A DNA stretch of 64,000 nucleotides, taken from sequence record NC_041878.1. One strand, given 5' to 3'. Both the position numbers and the translations under genes were made by a program. The notes beneath the pieces were generated by a model that was not told the DNA's origin, did no database searches, and saw only the letters and a list, made by a program, of their open reading frames with translations. Every line of letters begins with the position of its first letter. Positions within the stretch are counted from its first letter, which is position 1. Positions 33,201-41,504 of this stretch are shown one piece after another.

Positions 33201-34274
33201 GTTTTTATCGTATAGTTGGAAAATTGGGAACGTGTTCACACCTGGCTTAGCTTGTGAAGCTGTCCATTCACGACCATTCCAATATACTGATGTATTACCG
33301 TATACATTACCTTTACGAACCAATACAACATCACCAGTTAATGGCTCACCTGTTGGACGTTCAGTAGTTTCTTCGTCTTCATCTAGTACTAAACCATATA
33401 CGCGAGTACCATCAGCCATTTGCTTAATGTATACTTTATAGATTCGGTTATTTTCCCCAGGGTTACCAATACTGGTGAATAAAATTCTGTCGCCAGCTTG
33501 AAGAACAAAACCATCGATACGAACGTTTTTGCCAACATCTTTTTGTACAATATCTTCTGGTTTAACAGAATCAGACAAATAATCAACAACACCACGGAAA
33601 CGAGTACCGTAGTTTACTAGTTCGATGTTCTTATTGAATTCAATAATAGGTGCAGCAGCACGAGCGAAACGACCGCTTTGTGCCATTTGTTCTGTTACTA
33701 CAGTTCCATCAGGTAGAGTTTGTCCTACAGTATACCAGAAGTTTTGTAATGACCATGTGTTACCGTTTAGAGCACCACGTTCCATTACAACATAGTCTGG
33801 ATTAATACCGTATTCGTTTTGGGTATCCCATAGATACGAACTATAGTTTTGTAGTTTATTTGGGTTAATTGGTGGAGTCCATGCATAGTACTTACCACTC
33901 AATAGACGTGCCTGATTATCCGTTAGTGCACCATAATGTTCCAAATAACCTACTAAATCTGGATAGAATTGGATGGAGCGAACGCTTGTGTCTGCATTAC
34001 GAGATACGTATGCAGTACTAAATTGATAATCTTGACGTTGTAAATCTAGTTCATTTAGGAAGATTTTTCCAGACGCAGCAGGAGAACCACGATCACCAAT
34101 GTAACCGTCTACGATTTCCTCATCTGCTGGATTGAACCATTGTTGGATAATATCGTCACAGAACATTTGAATTTGTTCTAGACCTTGCATCCACTCAGGC
34201 AATCTCTTTATGAACAATTTTTGATTCACTGCTTCTGATATTTTTGAAGCCTGAAATTTAAATTCGTTCGCCAT
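24252..34274 (-). CDS. giant virion (probably baseplate wedge-associated) protein, ~3340 aa
   Basis: Unbroken 10-kb ORF directly downstream of gp6; start MANEFK (34274) after ggag; late promoter at 34313-34320. Confidence 0.8.
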   Translation of the reverse strand: MANEFKFQASKISEAVNQKLFIKRLPEWMQGLEQIQMFCDDIIQQWFNPADEEIVDGYIGDRGSPAASGKIFLNELDLQRQDYQFSTAYVSRNADTSVRSIQFYPDLVGYLEHYGALTDNQARLLSGKYYAWTPPINPNKLQNYSSYLWDTQNEYGINPDYVVMERGALNGNTWSLQNFWYTVGQTLPDGTVVTEQMAQSGRFARAAAPIIEFNKNIELVNYGTRFRGVVDYLSDSVKPEDIVQKDVGKNVRIDGFVLQAGDRILFTSIGNPGENNRIYKVYIKQMADGTRVYGLVLDEDEETTERPTGEPLTGDVVLVRKGNVYGNTSVYWNGREWTASQAKPGVNTFPIFQLYDKNGIKLNDSTVYPSSTFTGSNLFGLKINYNYGLDKVYGQHVELNQYNYYIFENFLQTQRFTYSKAGAITEIPGLYFYNVIAEADNGELEQNLKSDWVRSTEESKQYVRQVPEVTKTSMYKVFNTISEMNLYKSPIENMYAYVVENDSTYKYYKPSNSTFMKWNLTTDTAVQSDRFEHTYELAQKINPTDSSESLEVFFDGVKTFDYSTVLNADGNVQSIVFDDELTINEDSIVEIVTYSATKVPDLSLGSYQVPINLQNNPYNEFVDYIDQGEYTPHFLDIIGKNITEGSVNDLNNYETRLEADLVDNSVGTKIIQNETSLLPLMLHSANENLDLFSAIIFTQYEYFRFKNKFSTQMMNMYNADPSAFMSESASNIVDMIFSKINVGKDNSFPFALDNVGSNSTTGKTFIPPTPQFLGILKAFRPEKATYLHLGRDIGCYNIDHMGVASKAYRVINGIDLMDDVIYELENRIFSSIDNAFKIVDFQPAMDEDLLKPTPYFNSTEYSINEYNQLELRGYVNFIATNGIDNSTHDYDPNNWMTWNYTGTTYVVNGQPTTIPARGSWRAIYTDMFGTYRPHTHPWEMFGFSQRPDWFNQEYEPTKVRLGQGTTEYVYVYTAYVIDENGDEVPSGLWDTTSGQGDASTGTILHGARAGQYDRYKRFGTQPFEIVKTGVFTTDGEEICELNLIAPEVLGLVSGALAHISEPWAYGDMGDMEFTYMNTVMYAYDKAMALLRAKPGQFANYFYDTKGSTIQKIASDGEQFLYGESNKRLNFNDTTIVHTENNQRILGYQTWVSDYLVYQNKDVTSNYGDILRSSYVNVGHRIGGYTKQDQLTFSSDSFGLVSQENQHIGLVKSAAFRDEVLSAVKIQWTGSGFAISGYDLVGAKLTYKVPNKTGRRVSIQVGKRSVIHYNEYLDKYESYEYGTLLKTYQEVYTFLCGYGEYLKDSGWIFEDVNEDGVTQDWSVIGKDFISWSATSPAVGDFISVSPSTKNAKFGTTFGSVQSVTQFNGGVWSLLDDTNTGIRPYEIDTSRIGNVFSVRLNDESDKRMALIRVSVVAYEHAVIFDDKTIFGNNIYVPKYGVIHEMLKMYGYVTGSWNGRLEAPGFIILEAGTMPDFEKLVDDFQHYYDNDNPVDNVTLRNLARHLIGFQTRDYISQMITSDTSQIDFYKGFIRDKGTNQVFERVLRVSKSYNTDNYKALQEWAFKIGEYGNIYGKKHLQFQLINNEFAQEPQLFTFDQNATSDSSENNIVYYGTQGIDSRWITRPKGQFAFPMRSGKSERIHLPDIGPVTLDEVSYSTRDFTTAYADRLSFISNTDSTPTSVWVFRDMDNNWNIYELVNTGIKLNSITPIGDEDNYPGNHCTLQLSAAHGMEDGDYFFFVDESEYMPDLLKAETQYFTTGSNPTSFVIPLNVTNTITFSGDNPVLYRYVNRFSTTEQKNAYITKKYSYDAPESTLFVRPTTYNKENNVTELYMNTYDPINGVIPGSIMSDITYVSPVDPAKYNSDEETTQAWGSEKVGLVWWNTTNAFFMDYTRPIYDASGNVDEEATNNYKRYNWGKLLPNSEINVLEWVASPVLPYDWAKYCERQAKLNKDSTAWVPSGDAIEDYYSEFQEYDVSTNSYKTVYYFWVQNAIYVPKVKNRNKPCNELARTIKEPSLLNAPWFAPISTNSFIISGLQQEITDDKSILSITYQNDATEVIKHDQYQLCKEGLDYNFNPVIWNSMWNSLISQEVLPDGKTSNLIYPINDNGILPGETWFQDPIEARRTFVDSANAIYKTINVTTNTVVMNDVFNVKTEEENPNLISFKVLNFNNELVINPSTDAFVENDAVLVSSNGTLPSPLNSTTVYFVHFDENNYIRLMNSPSTGGSAVYITLENRGEGQHKMIKQADYIESLGTSLDMTQYWSLADWYDIGYNENTSYTDELSIDAANQKNYQEGDVIRITDADGVWTLYVKSLSRNVVIWQAVARQNSTVALNNQLYNGYKQYNEDGSLTNVEINVRKALSLLKNSFNTTQSRLVFDMVKYVHTEQTVVDWVFKTSYIYIVGLEQSLQQNNATDNLISQIVEYFEEVKPYRTKIRSQIEQKTSDTDEMLGLSNDLDPNGYIFTNGAWIKTQDDIWDHEYAQYNSTTGKWEIIGSLPSDFVYPNRRFQESYEMFVYDNFQCTPDADLNDRLTLEAVNNSFMSNKDDLLLQGNHYKLQRYAFTYPEIDSSTINSNVSVGISAIYPQFNTQIPLVDAINEMLESLKDDVAASEQFDKDLQQVYNSVLNSDSTVKVAKQYTQYNTLANRRRLYTQLTDTNISQEMGCPFKGRVLTDNLNTRLPFGFSAVNSENYGYIMYSRDLYEHYVELVKESHPSFTDAQINDYLVYEYGLYPWKVDMDSIDEDTGSLNGKNYLDTLYVLTAMRNTYNPDAVDQFEVARQILAQPTIDMYCMVMIPRKLVLVQNVATEEFLEVPMDVSLDDFMQERLIINNDVVTLLEPDLNDLALDINNPLYDNIQNVLETISGKQYLDDANAFDNSGLESQTRDITYYASGAVNSTQDPVYVDISDINPLGLDVAQMRFTVNGYGYNTSGNIQLKSQGNFQIEGYVVQNPYNMKEAIVSIPRYEAAIEYMQKNLIAKNEIRYSYRIKDVINTTGTIRLVQKNDFKVGEKVMVFVPEGTDYDVLMSDNTMKTILPVANIKNGTRPRIFTVSSVSGDTIRLGGLSFSSTYDSTSDTLMVPSASSINVVRITSFTDPEFVNAGVAMYSTERSYRISVLDYDMFYDRMIIGSKYSNAFSTDDYDDWYTSNEIVEIDGVEVDHGYYLPIYGKGVLSELVRAKMDDSLQIFVYEYPVESIKPVKNGNNWTYTGTLVDGVYISDKNASLVVAIRDTAQGMGYVAKPTHVESTSIANGILTSSNASDTNLVAVNNEIVLLRNGRHMLRGMYGTAENNYVAGTTYTNIGVILGAEGDWNVYNNFYPSIPLNTFSTGYTVTGTQIGQLL

Positions 34275-34327
34275 TATAATCTCCAATAAAAAATTCTTTT
34301 TCTCATTTGTTTTATTTATGCAAGAAT

Positions 34328-34350
34328 AAAGGGCATCCGAAGATGCCCTT
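34328..34350 (-). terminator. terminator after the gp6-like gene
   Basis: AAAGGGCATC-cgaa-GATGCCCTT. Confidence 0.75.
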
Positions 34351-34355
34351 GTGAA

Positions 34356-37300
34356 TTATTTTCCAATATTAATATTACTTTTTGCTAGAGAGTTAACAAT
34401 GATAACGTTGTCAACGGTAGCTGTACTTACAAACAACTGGTCAGATGCACTTGGTATTTCAAACAGTTCACCAAACTTAGAGCTTGGATTCTGTGGAACA
34501 ATAACAACTGAAGCAATTTCAGTACTTAAATTAATGTGGATGTATGTAGCCAATTCAGTATAGTAGAAGCTTTCACCGAAATCCCAATTATCTACACTAA
34601 AGAATTCATTAGTCAACGATATAACACGTTGTCTAATTTCATCATCACTTAGTGTTGAGTTAGGTAGCTTGATTACTTTGAAGTCAGCTCTGTAATCTGG
34701 ATCTGCTGTATCACCAAATAATTGTAGATACTTAGCACTATGCCATATAGTACTGTCACTAACAACTATTCTATTTTCAACATCAGCAAACATCTCTGAT
34801 AGCTCTGCACTGGTAGGTGGTTTAGGGAATTCCGAACCATCATTTTGTTTTAACCATATATCAACGGCTTCTTTATATGATGTTGTTAGAACATACATAT
34901 CAATCAAGTTAGTTTTACTTGGGTCAATACGGTTATCATCCGGTGCATAATGCTTCCAATGATAGTTAATATCAACACGTGCATCTTTCTTGATAAAGTA
35001 ATCAGTACTTACATCTTTGTATCCATAATAATCTAAACGCACACTTTCATCTGCATTAGGATCACTCATATTTGTAATAGCACGAGCAAATGCTTGCTCT
35101 GGTGTTAATGGTGATTCGTCACTTGGTAGAGTCATGTTAGATAAGAAGTTATTCATTCTATCATTATTATTACCAACTGTTTGTTCGATAAAGTAATCTT
35201 CACCATTCAGTTCGAATGCAACTACAAAGCCTGAACCTTTATTAAGTAGTTGAGTAACACTTGTGCTTCTCATATTAACATTTCGTAAAAATGCTGCCTT
35301 TTTATAAGCAACGGTTTCTGCATTAGCTTGAGCAGCAGTGTAAGTCCACGAACTATCCAACAATGTAAATTCTGATGTTAACGGATCAATAAAATCAATT
35401 GTAAAATCAGTATTCTCATGGAAGAAAAGCCATTGTTCATATTTTACTTTATCAACACCTGATAGGAGCGGTACAATTTTTCTAAACTGATTTGGATTTA
35501 ACGGAATACCGTTTGTATCACGTTGTGCACTTGTAATAATAACACGAGAGCCATCGATATAACCATTTTCCTGATTTACTGTTTCGATAATTTGGAATTG
35601 TTCATCATCCGTATATCCATTATTATTTGTATAATTGGAATTATACGATAGAACATCAATCTTATCAGATTGGACAGTGCCTGTGCTAATATCACTAATG
35701 TTTTCAGTACTAACGAAATAGAATCGAACTTTTTCACCACCAACAAATACGTAATCAATACCATTGCTAACAAAATCCCATGATTCTGCTGTATAAGAAC
35801 ATTTAACCAAAATAGGATATGATGTGTTATTATATGTTACGGTATCAGTTGTATATGTTCCTTCAATCGGAATCCATGTTAATGTGTTTGTATCGTAAAT
35901 TAAAACGAAATCTGTTTTCTTATCAAGTTCAGCAGCAATAGTTTGAACTTCAACGTTAGAAAACTTCACACGGAAAGGTTTAATATATTCCGTTAATGAT
36001 TGAAGATTCGAAATAGGTAATGATAATACAAGATAACCATTATCTAATGAATCAACTACAGAAGTCCAAATATCAATACCTGATTGAGTTGGGAAATTTA
36101 ATAATGTTCCGATTTCATATACTTGTGCAGTTCCATTAACTAATATTCTACCGTAAGTGTTAGATGAATAGTTTGAATTAAACTCTGGATTCCATTGTTG
36201 GTTATTAGTTACCAGAACCGTATTCGATGGAAATTCTTGATACAACTGAATAACTGCGGTATCACCAATTAATGGTTGAATATTATCAATAACAACGGCA
36301 GTATTTGATTTTGATGATGGTAGTAATAATGAAGTACTTCCATGTGCAGAATCACGATAAATTGCACCATCATCTGTGAATACATCAGTGTTTTGATACT
36401 TACCCGTTGGATCATTAATATCAATAAATCTCGACTGACCAGAATAAATTCGGTTAATTGCTTTAGCTTTTAGTACTGAGTTACCTAGCATCAAAGGTGC
36501 AATATTATAATCTTCACCATTGACAAAACGGTTTTGAGTGTAATATAATTGTGGTGCACGTTCTTTAATTTGTTCTAATGTCTCTCTCGATTGTGCAAGA
36601 GATGATTGGAATTGTAAACTAAATTGAATATCAAGTGTACTGCTTTCATATTCAGATTGCGTATTAGTACGATATGTGTACTTAATAGATTTATTTTGAA
36701 TATCGGTTGTTTTAATTGTATATGTTTCACCATTACTAACTCTGTACCAGAAACGATAAGAACCACGTGGAACTTGACCGCTACGTGCATCAGGGAACTT
36801 AATAGTAATCTGATCATTGTCACGAGTCGTTACTGAGAAAATATTCTTTTGTCTACGGTCAACTGAGTTATACGCAATTGATTCGATTGCTGGAACACGA
36901 GTCCACTTAGTACGTACTAAACCATCTTCAGTAATTTCTTGTACCCAAACGTCAGTTTCATTAATATTGTTTGTATCAACATCCTGAACACGGTTCTCAA
37001 TACGTTGGTCATATTGATAATCAGTAAATGACAAGTTACCTTGTTTGAAATAAACAAAGAAACCAGTATATGGTGAATCGAAACCATTACCATCATTACG
37101 ATAAATGATATGTTTTTGTTCTTGTGGTTGTGGATGACGTTCTACCGCAGTACCAGTACTTGTAATATCAGGGTTCACTACCTCAAATGTCATTGATTCT
37201 CCGTTAATGTTTGCACTAAATGGAATATTAGGTGCACTCATTGGAATAGTGTTCATTTGATAAAGATGATTTGATACACCATTAATAGTTATCTTTTTGA

Positions 37301-37820
37301 TAGGATCACCGAATTGGTTAGTATCCACAAAAGAACTATTCATTACTAAGATAAAGTTTTCGTACCAGTTATTATCGCTTGGGTCATTCCAACGAATAAT
37401 TTGATTACGTAATGATTGACCAAAACTATTTTTAATATCTTGGTTTGTTTTTACTGTCATTACTTTTGCAAGGCCACGCCCTGGGTATGCACGTTTTGGT
37501 GCATAAGAAATCATCTTAGCTAATTTCAGTACTGAAGCTCTACGTTCCGCAGTATCTAGGAAGTTTTCTCTACTGTTCATATCCATACGGAATGCTAAGT
37601 TCTGACCAATTAATGCAATTGTATCAAGAATAAAAATGAACTCATCGTTTTCAATCCAGTCGTTAAATGAATCAGGATATGTTAAACGTAGATAGTTAAC
37701 CATACTTTCACGGATTGTATCAAAATCGTAGGCAGTTAAGTTGATCTGAGCAAATGACTCATACACTTGTTGCCAATCTTCAGCAGCATACAAATTAGAT
37801 TGTCGTTTTTGTTGTGCCAT
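34356..37820 (-). CDS. gp6: baseplate wedge subunit, T4 gp6-like, 1154 aa
   Basis: DFDTIRESMVNYL, E.FLDTA.RR.SV..LAK...Y.P, and the Q.RFV..EDY baseplate-J-type motif. Confidence 0.85.
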   Translation of the reverse strand: MAQQKRQSNLYAAEDWQQVYESFAQINLTAYDFDTIRESMVNYLRLTYPDSFNDWIENDEFIFILDTIALIGQNLAFRMDMNSRENFLDTAERRASVLKLAKMISYAPKRAYPGRGLAKVMTVKTNQDIKNSFGQSLRNQIIRWNDPSDNNWYENFILVMNSSFVDTNQFGDPIKKITINGVSNHLYQMNTIPMSAPNIPFSANINGESMTFEVVNPDITSTGTAVERHPQPQEQKHIIYRNDGNGFDSPYTGFFVYFKQGNLSFTDYQYDQRIENRVQDVDTNNINETDVWVQEITEDGLVRTKWTRVPAIESIAYNSVDRRQKNIFSVTTRDNDQITIKFPDARSGQVPRGSYRFWYRVSNGETYTIKTTDIQNKSIKYTYRTNTQSEYESSTLDIQFSLQFQSSLAQSRETLEQIKERAPQLYYTQNRFVNGEDYNIAPLMLGNSVLKAKAINRIYSGQSRFIDINDPTGKYQNTDVFTDDGAIYRDSAHGSTSLLLPSSKSNTAVVIDNIQPLIGDTAVIQLYQEFPSNTVLVTNNQQWNPEFNSNYSSNTYGRILVNGTAQVYEIGTLLNFPTQSGIDIWTSVVDSLDNGYLVLSLPISNLQSLTEYIKPFRVKFSNVEVQTIAAELDKKTDFVLIYDTNTLTWIPIEGTYTTDTVTYNNTSYPILVKCSYTAESWDFVSNGIDYVFVGGEKVRFYFVSTENISDISTGTVQSDKIDVLSYNSNYTNNNGYTDDEQFQIIETVNQENGYIDGSRVIITSAQRDTNGIPLNPNQFRKIVPLLSGVDKVKYEQWLFFHENTDFTIDFIDPLTSEFTLLDSSWTYTAAQANAETVAYKKAAFLRNVNMRSTSVTQLLNKGSGFVVAFELNGEDYFIEQTVGNNNDRMNNFLSNMTLPSDESPLTPEQAFARAITNMSDPNADESVRLDYYGYKDVSTDYFIKKDARVDINYHWKHYAPDDNRIDPSKTNLIDMYVLTTSYKEAVDIWLKQNDGSEFPKPPTSAELSEMFADVENRIVVSDSTIWHSAKYLQLFGDTADPDYRADFKVIKLPNSTLSDDEIRQRVISLTNEFFSVDNWDFGESFYYTELATYIHINLSTEIASVVIVPQNPSSKFGELFEIPSASDQLFVSTATVDNVIIVNSLAKSNINIGK

Positions 37821-37865
37821 GTTTTATACACCTCATATAATAATATAGAAATATTTATCCAAAAG

Positions 37866-37892
37866 AAAAGGCATCACGAGGATGCCTTTTTT
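37866..37892. terminator. terminator hairpin
   Basis: AAAAGGCATC-acga-GGATGCCTTTTTT. Confidence 0.75.
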
Positions 37893-37895
37893 AAT

Positions 37896-38285
37896 TTATG
37901 CTGCATTGACAAATGCCATTCTTTGTTGTGAACGATTATCAAAAACTAGAGATAAATCTTCTACTGTATCCAGTTGAACATATCTTAATCTTAGGTCAAT
38001 CTGATAACCATATTCGACATTTTGAACTTGAATAGATAGCAATTGTAATCTTGGGTCTTGTGCCACTATGTTACGTGCATCAGCTTCTAAAAGCTGAGCA
38101 TTACCAGGTCTATCAAGTTCAAATAATAAATCCCAACCAATAAAACCGTACTCTACATCCATCACTCGTTCACCCTTTCGAGTATTAAAGTGATTGATTA
38201 GATCTTGCTTAACTAACTCTACATCAAAAAGTACATTAGTTTTGCCGACTATTGGCGAAGAAAACCCTTTGAAAACTACTGCCAT
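37896..38285 (-). CDS. gp25: baseplate wedge subunit, gp25/GPW family
   Basis: L..HFNTRKGERV...YG ... DPRL motif. Confidence 0.9.
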   Translation of the reverse strand: MAVVFKGFSSPIVGKTNVLFDVELVKQDLINHFNTRKGERVMDVEYGFIGWDLLFELDRPGNAQLLEADARNIVAQDPRLQLLSIQVQNVEYGYQIDLRLRYVQLDTVEDLSLVFDNRSQQRMAFVNAA

Positions 38286-38295
38286 CTATTACTCC

Positions 38296-38784
38296 TTATA
38301 GAGATTCTACAATACGTGCTAGAGTTTCAGCACGAGATGTAGTTTGTCTGTACCAAGCAGAATTACGCATACCTGCTGCTGCACCTTTATAATCCTCACG
38401 AGCCATGCATGAAAGAGTATTTTTAAATTTAAGTACTTTAGTTTTACCCATTTGGAAAACCATTTGAGTTAGTACTTTTTGTAATTCAATTCCACCCTTC
38501 ATGCCATATTGCTCATAAATGTATTTTGCATCAGCAACTTTTTCCGCTATATCTTTATCTAGTAAAGCGTTAGCTTGGCTTTCAGTTAAGCCTTGCTTAA
38601 AGTCTTCACCACTAAGAATTAAGTGTCCATATCCAATTGTTGGATAGCCTAAACTATCTTTATACGTCCAAAACTTATCGTTTTTATAATATCCTAATTT
38701 CTTTTGATATTGAATAGAACCTTCAAAGTTTTTAATATCATTTAATAGTTTAGGATCTTTGCTTGTTAAAACCCAATTGCTCAT
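38296..38784 (-). CDS. stand-alone T4-type (GH24) lysozyme, candidate endolysin
   Basis: FEG ... YKDSLGYPTIGYGH (E/D/T catalytic pattern); F..T...M...DY..AA..M..S.WY.QT. Start MSNWV (38784) after ggagg; own late promoter at 38817-38824. Confidence 0.88.
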   Translation of the reverse strand: MSNWVLTSKDPKLLNDIKNFEGSIQYQKKLGYYKNDKFWTYKDSLGYPTIGYGHLILSGEDFKQGLTESQANALLDKDIAEKVADAKYIYEQYGMKGGIELQKVLTQMVFQMGKTKVLKFKNTLSCMAREDYKGAAAGMRNSAWYRQTTSRAETLARIVESL

Positions 38785-38819
38785 ATTAATTACCTCCCGA
38801 TGATAATCAGTATAAGTAT

Positions 38820-41504
38820 TTATTGGCATGACTCTACACGACGAGCCATTACTTCAGCACGTCTTGGAGTTTGTCTATACCATGCTGAGTTTCGAATACC
38901 TGCGGCGGCTGCTTTGTAATCTCCACGAGCCATTGCTGCTAATGTATTTTTAAACTTCAGTACTTTACCCTTACCCATTTGGAAACACATCTCTGTTAAA
39001 ACAATTTGACAGATATAAGGCGTTTTCATATTGTATTGAGCATAAATTGATTGTGCATCACGTACAGTACGAACAAGGTCTTTCTGTAACAATGCATCAG
39101 CTTGTGCTTCATCAATACCACCGCCAAAATTATCACTGGCTGTAATTAAGTGTCCGTAACCAATTGTTGGATAACCTAAACTATCTTTATAAATCCAGAA
39201 TCTTCCATTACGATAATATCCAACCGCAGTTTGATATTGAATAGTACCTTCAAACTCTTTCACTTCTTCAATTAATTTCGCATCACTTGCAGTGACTTTC
39301 CAATCTACAGCAGTTTTATCTAGGTTTGACAAATCCTCTGGTGGAGTATTTGCAGATGTATTTCTGTTTTGCTTAGTTCCAGCAGTTCTGCGAGGAACAT
39401 GTCTTGAACCACGTTGTGAATATACAGAACCAATACTATTAACAGTTGTAATAACAACCAACTCATTACTATCTGGTGAATAACCAGTAGCAGGTTTAGG
39501 ATTAGGATTTGATGGTTTTCCAATTGTCAGACTCTTATTAGCACAGTCTTTACCTTTTCCCGTAACAGTACTAAAGAATAATCCAGGGTCTACCGTTCCA
39601 GAGAATCCATAGATATTTGCAGATTGTAATCGAATTTCATATTCAAATACCCCATTAGCAGTACCTATTTTTTGTCCTTTCGTAACAGTATCTTTATTAT
39701 TAACAGTAACAGTAATATCATAGAAAATAGATTTGTAACCGATTGGGTGCGTGATAATTAAACCACCGTTAGCCATTTTGGTAACTAAACCACCTTCAGG
39801 AGCTACAACATCTCCTTTAGCTTGTATGATCCAACCATTTCTGTTTGTTGTTGAACCAGATTGTGTCGGAACTCCTTTACCCCAATATCCAAATTCACGA
39901 ATAGTACCAGTACAAGGCATAAAGAGTTGCAATCCTTCGTAAGTTGTGGTATAAGATTGTACTGTGGTGTCATCTTCACCCCTATCAGATACTACTAAAT
40001 CTTGAGTTAGTACTTGACCAACTTCAGTTGTGCTGTTAATATATTGAACAGTTTCTTGTGCTTGCTGCGTTGGTGCAACAGGAGCAACATCATTAGCTGG
40101 TTGTGGTTCTGCTGCGGCTTTCGCATTATTTGCTCCACCCCCATTGACTGGTGCTGCCATAGCATTACTATGGTTATCTGGTGCAGAGAATGATTCGTGG
40201 TAATGGATATGTCCATTTAAATTCACAGATGGTGAAACAAAGTCTGGTGCATTAATTTGAGAACTTGAATCTACCGTTCCAGCAATCGTGAAGTTTGTTC
40301 CACCACCAGTTAAGTTAATAGATGTTGGTGCAGTTACATCCATAGTTGAACCAGTTTTAATTGCAGTGTTCTCACCTGAAGTTATGTTAGTACTACTCCC
40401 TGATTGAACTCTAATACTTGCTGCGGCAACTAATCTTAAATCAGCTCCAGTATTAATTACTACTTGACCATTGACAATTGCATCCAATTTACCAACTAAG
40501 TTCAATTTAGTATCGGCCTGTGTATGCACATTTAGATTTCTACCAATTTCAACGTTCATATCTCTTGCAACTGATAGGTTGAAATCTTCGTCAGTACGTA
40601 TAGTAATGCTTTTATCAGAGTGAACTGTTATTTGACCATCTGGTGTCATCTCAAAACGAGCAGTACCATCGCGGTTAATTAAGAACACGTTACCATCACT
40701 TTCTGATAATAAGAATTGTGCACCACTACGAGTGCGGAGCACAATACCTTCGTTTTTGCGTTGACCAACCTTTGTATCGTTTACAGGGTTATTAAATTGT
40801 GTATCCTGATACGAATCTGGATCATCATCCCAACTTGGAGCAGTTAGTTCAGCATCAGTGAATCCATCATCAACAATAAAACTATTTCCACGTGGTGATG
40901 ATAAACCATATACTGTGCTGATAGTTTGACGAGTACTGCTACGGTTCGGAACACCTTTTTGTTCGTCATATAATAGGTTTTGTTTTTTTAAACCTTCTAC
41001 CAATGGTACGTTTACGTACTTTTGGTCTAATTGTGTTTGTAGTGTGTTACGGTCATAATCAGTAATTGGTACTGCCATGTCATAACCACTGTTTGGCAAT
41101 TTTTGTGTTGCACTACCAGGAACCATTGTGTTCATACGGTCGTCATAGCCACATGCGAACCACCAGCAATCATGAATGTTGCCGTTAGCAAAGAATATTG
41201 CAACGGTAGTTCCTACATCTGGTGGAACAGCCCAAAAGCCGTAACCTTTTGGAAACTGTTGATATGATTCAGCCCCTGGCGTACCAGGTGTCCTTCCTGC
41301 GAATGGCGAAAGGTATGACGCAGTTAACCATGAACCTTTTGAGTCTCGATCACTTTGTGAGTTCTGGACCCATACTTTTAATTTACCAGTTCTGGTCGGG
41401 TCACGGTTATCCATTACGGTTGCCAATTGCACGAATTGTGGATTAAAACGTGCTTTTTGGTTATTCGCAAATGCTTGACTTTTACTGTTGTTTGAATCAG
41501 CCAT
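38820..41504 (-). CDS. gp5: baseplate central spike, gp5/VgrG-like, with C-terminal M23-like and lysozyme domains
   Basis: OB-fold DPTRTGKLKV / WAVPPDVG.V; beta-helix repeats; HIHYH; degenerate M23; GH24 lysozyme at the C-terminus. Confidence 0.85.
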   Translation of the reverse strand: MADSNNSKSQAFANNQKARFNPQFVQLATVMDNRDPTRTGKLKVWVQNSQSDRDSKGSWLTASYLSPFAGRTPGTPGAESYQQFPKGYGFWAVPPDVGTTVAIFFANGNIHDCWWFACGYDDRMNTMVPGSATQKLPNSGYDMAVPITDYDRNTLQTQLDQKYVNVPLVEGLKKQNLLYDEQKGVPNRSSTRQTISTVYGLSSPRGNSFIVDDGFTDAELTAPSWDDDPDSYQDTQFNNPVNDTKVGQRKNEGIVLRTRSGAQFLLSESDGNVFLINRDGTARFEMTPDGQITVHSDKSITIRTDEDFNLSVARDMNVEIGRNLNVHTQADTKLNLVGKLDAIVNGQVVINTGADLRLVAAASIRVQSGSSTNITSGENTAIKTGSTMDVTAPTSINLTGGGTNFTIAGTVDSSSQINAPDFVSPSVNLNGHIHYHESFSAPDNHSNAMAAPVNGGGANNAKAAAEPQPANDVAPVAPTQQAQETVQYINSTTEVGQVLTQDLVVSDRGEDDTTVQSYTTTYEGLQLFMPCTGTIREFGYWGKGVPTQSGSTTNRNGWIIQAKGDVVAPEGGLVTKMANGGLIITHPIGYKSIFYDITVTVNNKDTVTKGQKIGTANGVFEYEIRLQSANIYGFSGTVDPGLFFSTVTGKGKDCANKSLTIGKPSNPNPKPATGYSPDSNELVVITTVNSIGSVYSQRGSRHVPRRTAGTKQNRNTSANTPPEDLSNLDKTAVDWKVTASDAKLIEEVKEFEGTIQYQTAVGYYRNGRFWIYKDSLGYPTIGYGHLITASDNFGGGIDEAQADALLQKDLVRTVRDAQSIYAQYNMKTPYICQIVLTEMCFQMGKGKVLKFKNTLAAMARGDYKAAAAGIRNSAWYRQTPRRAEVMARRVESCQ

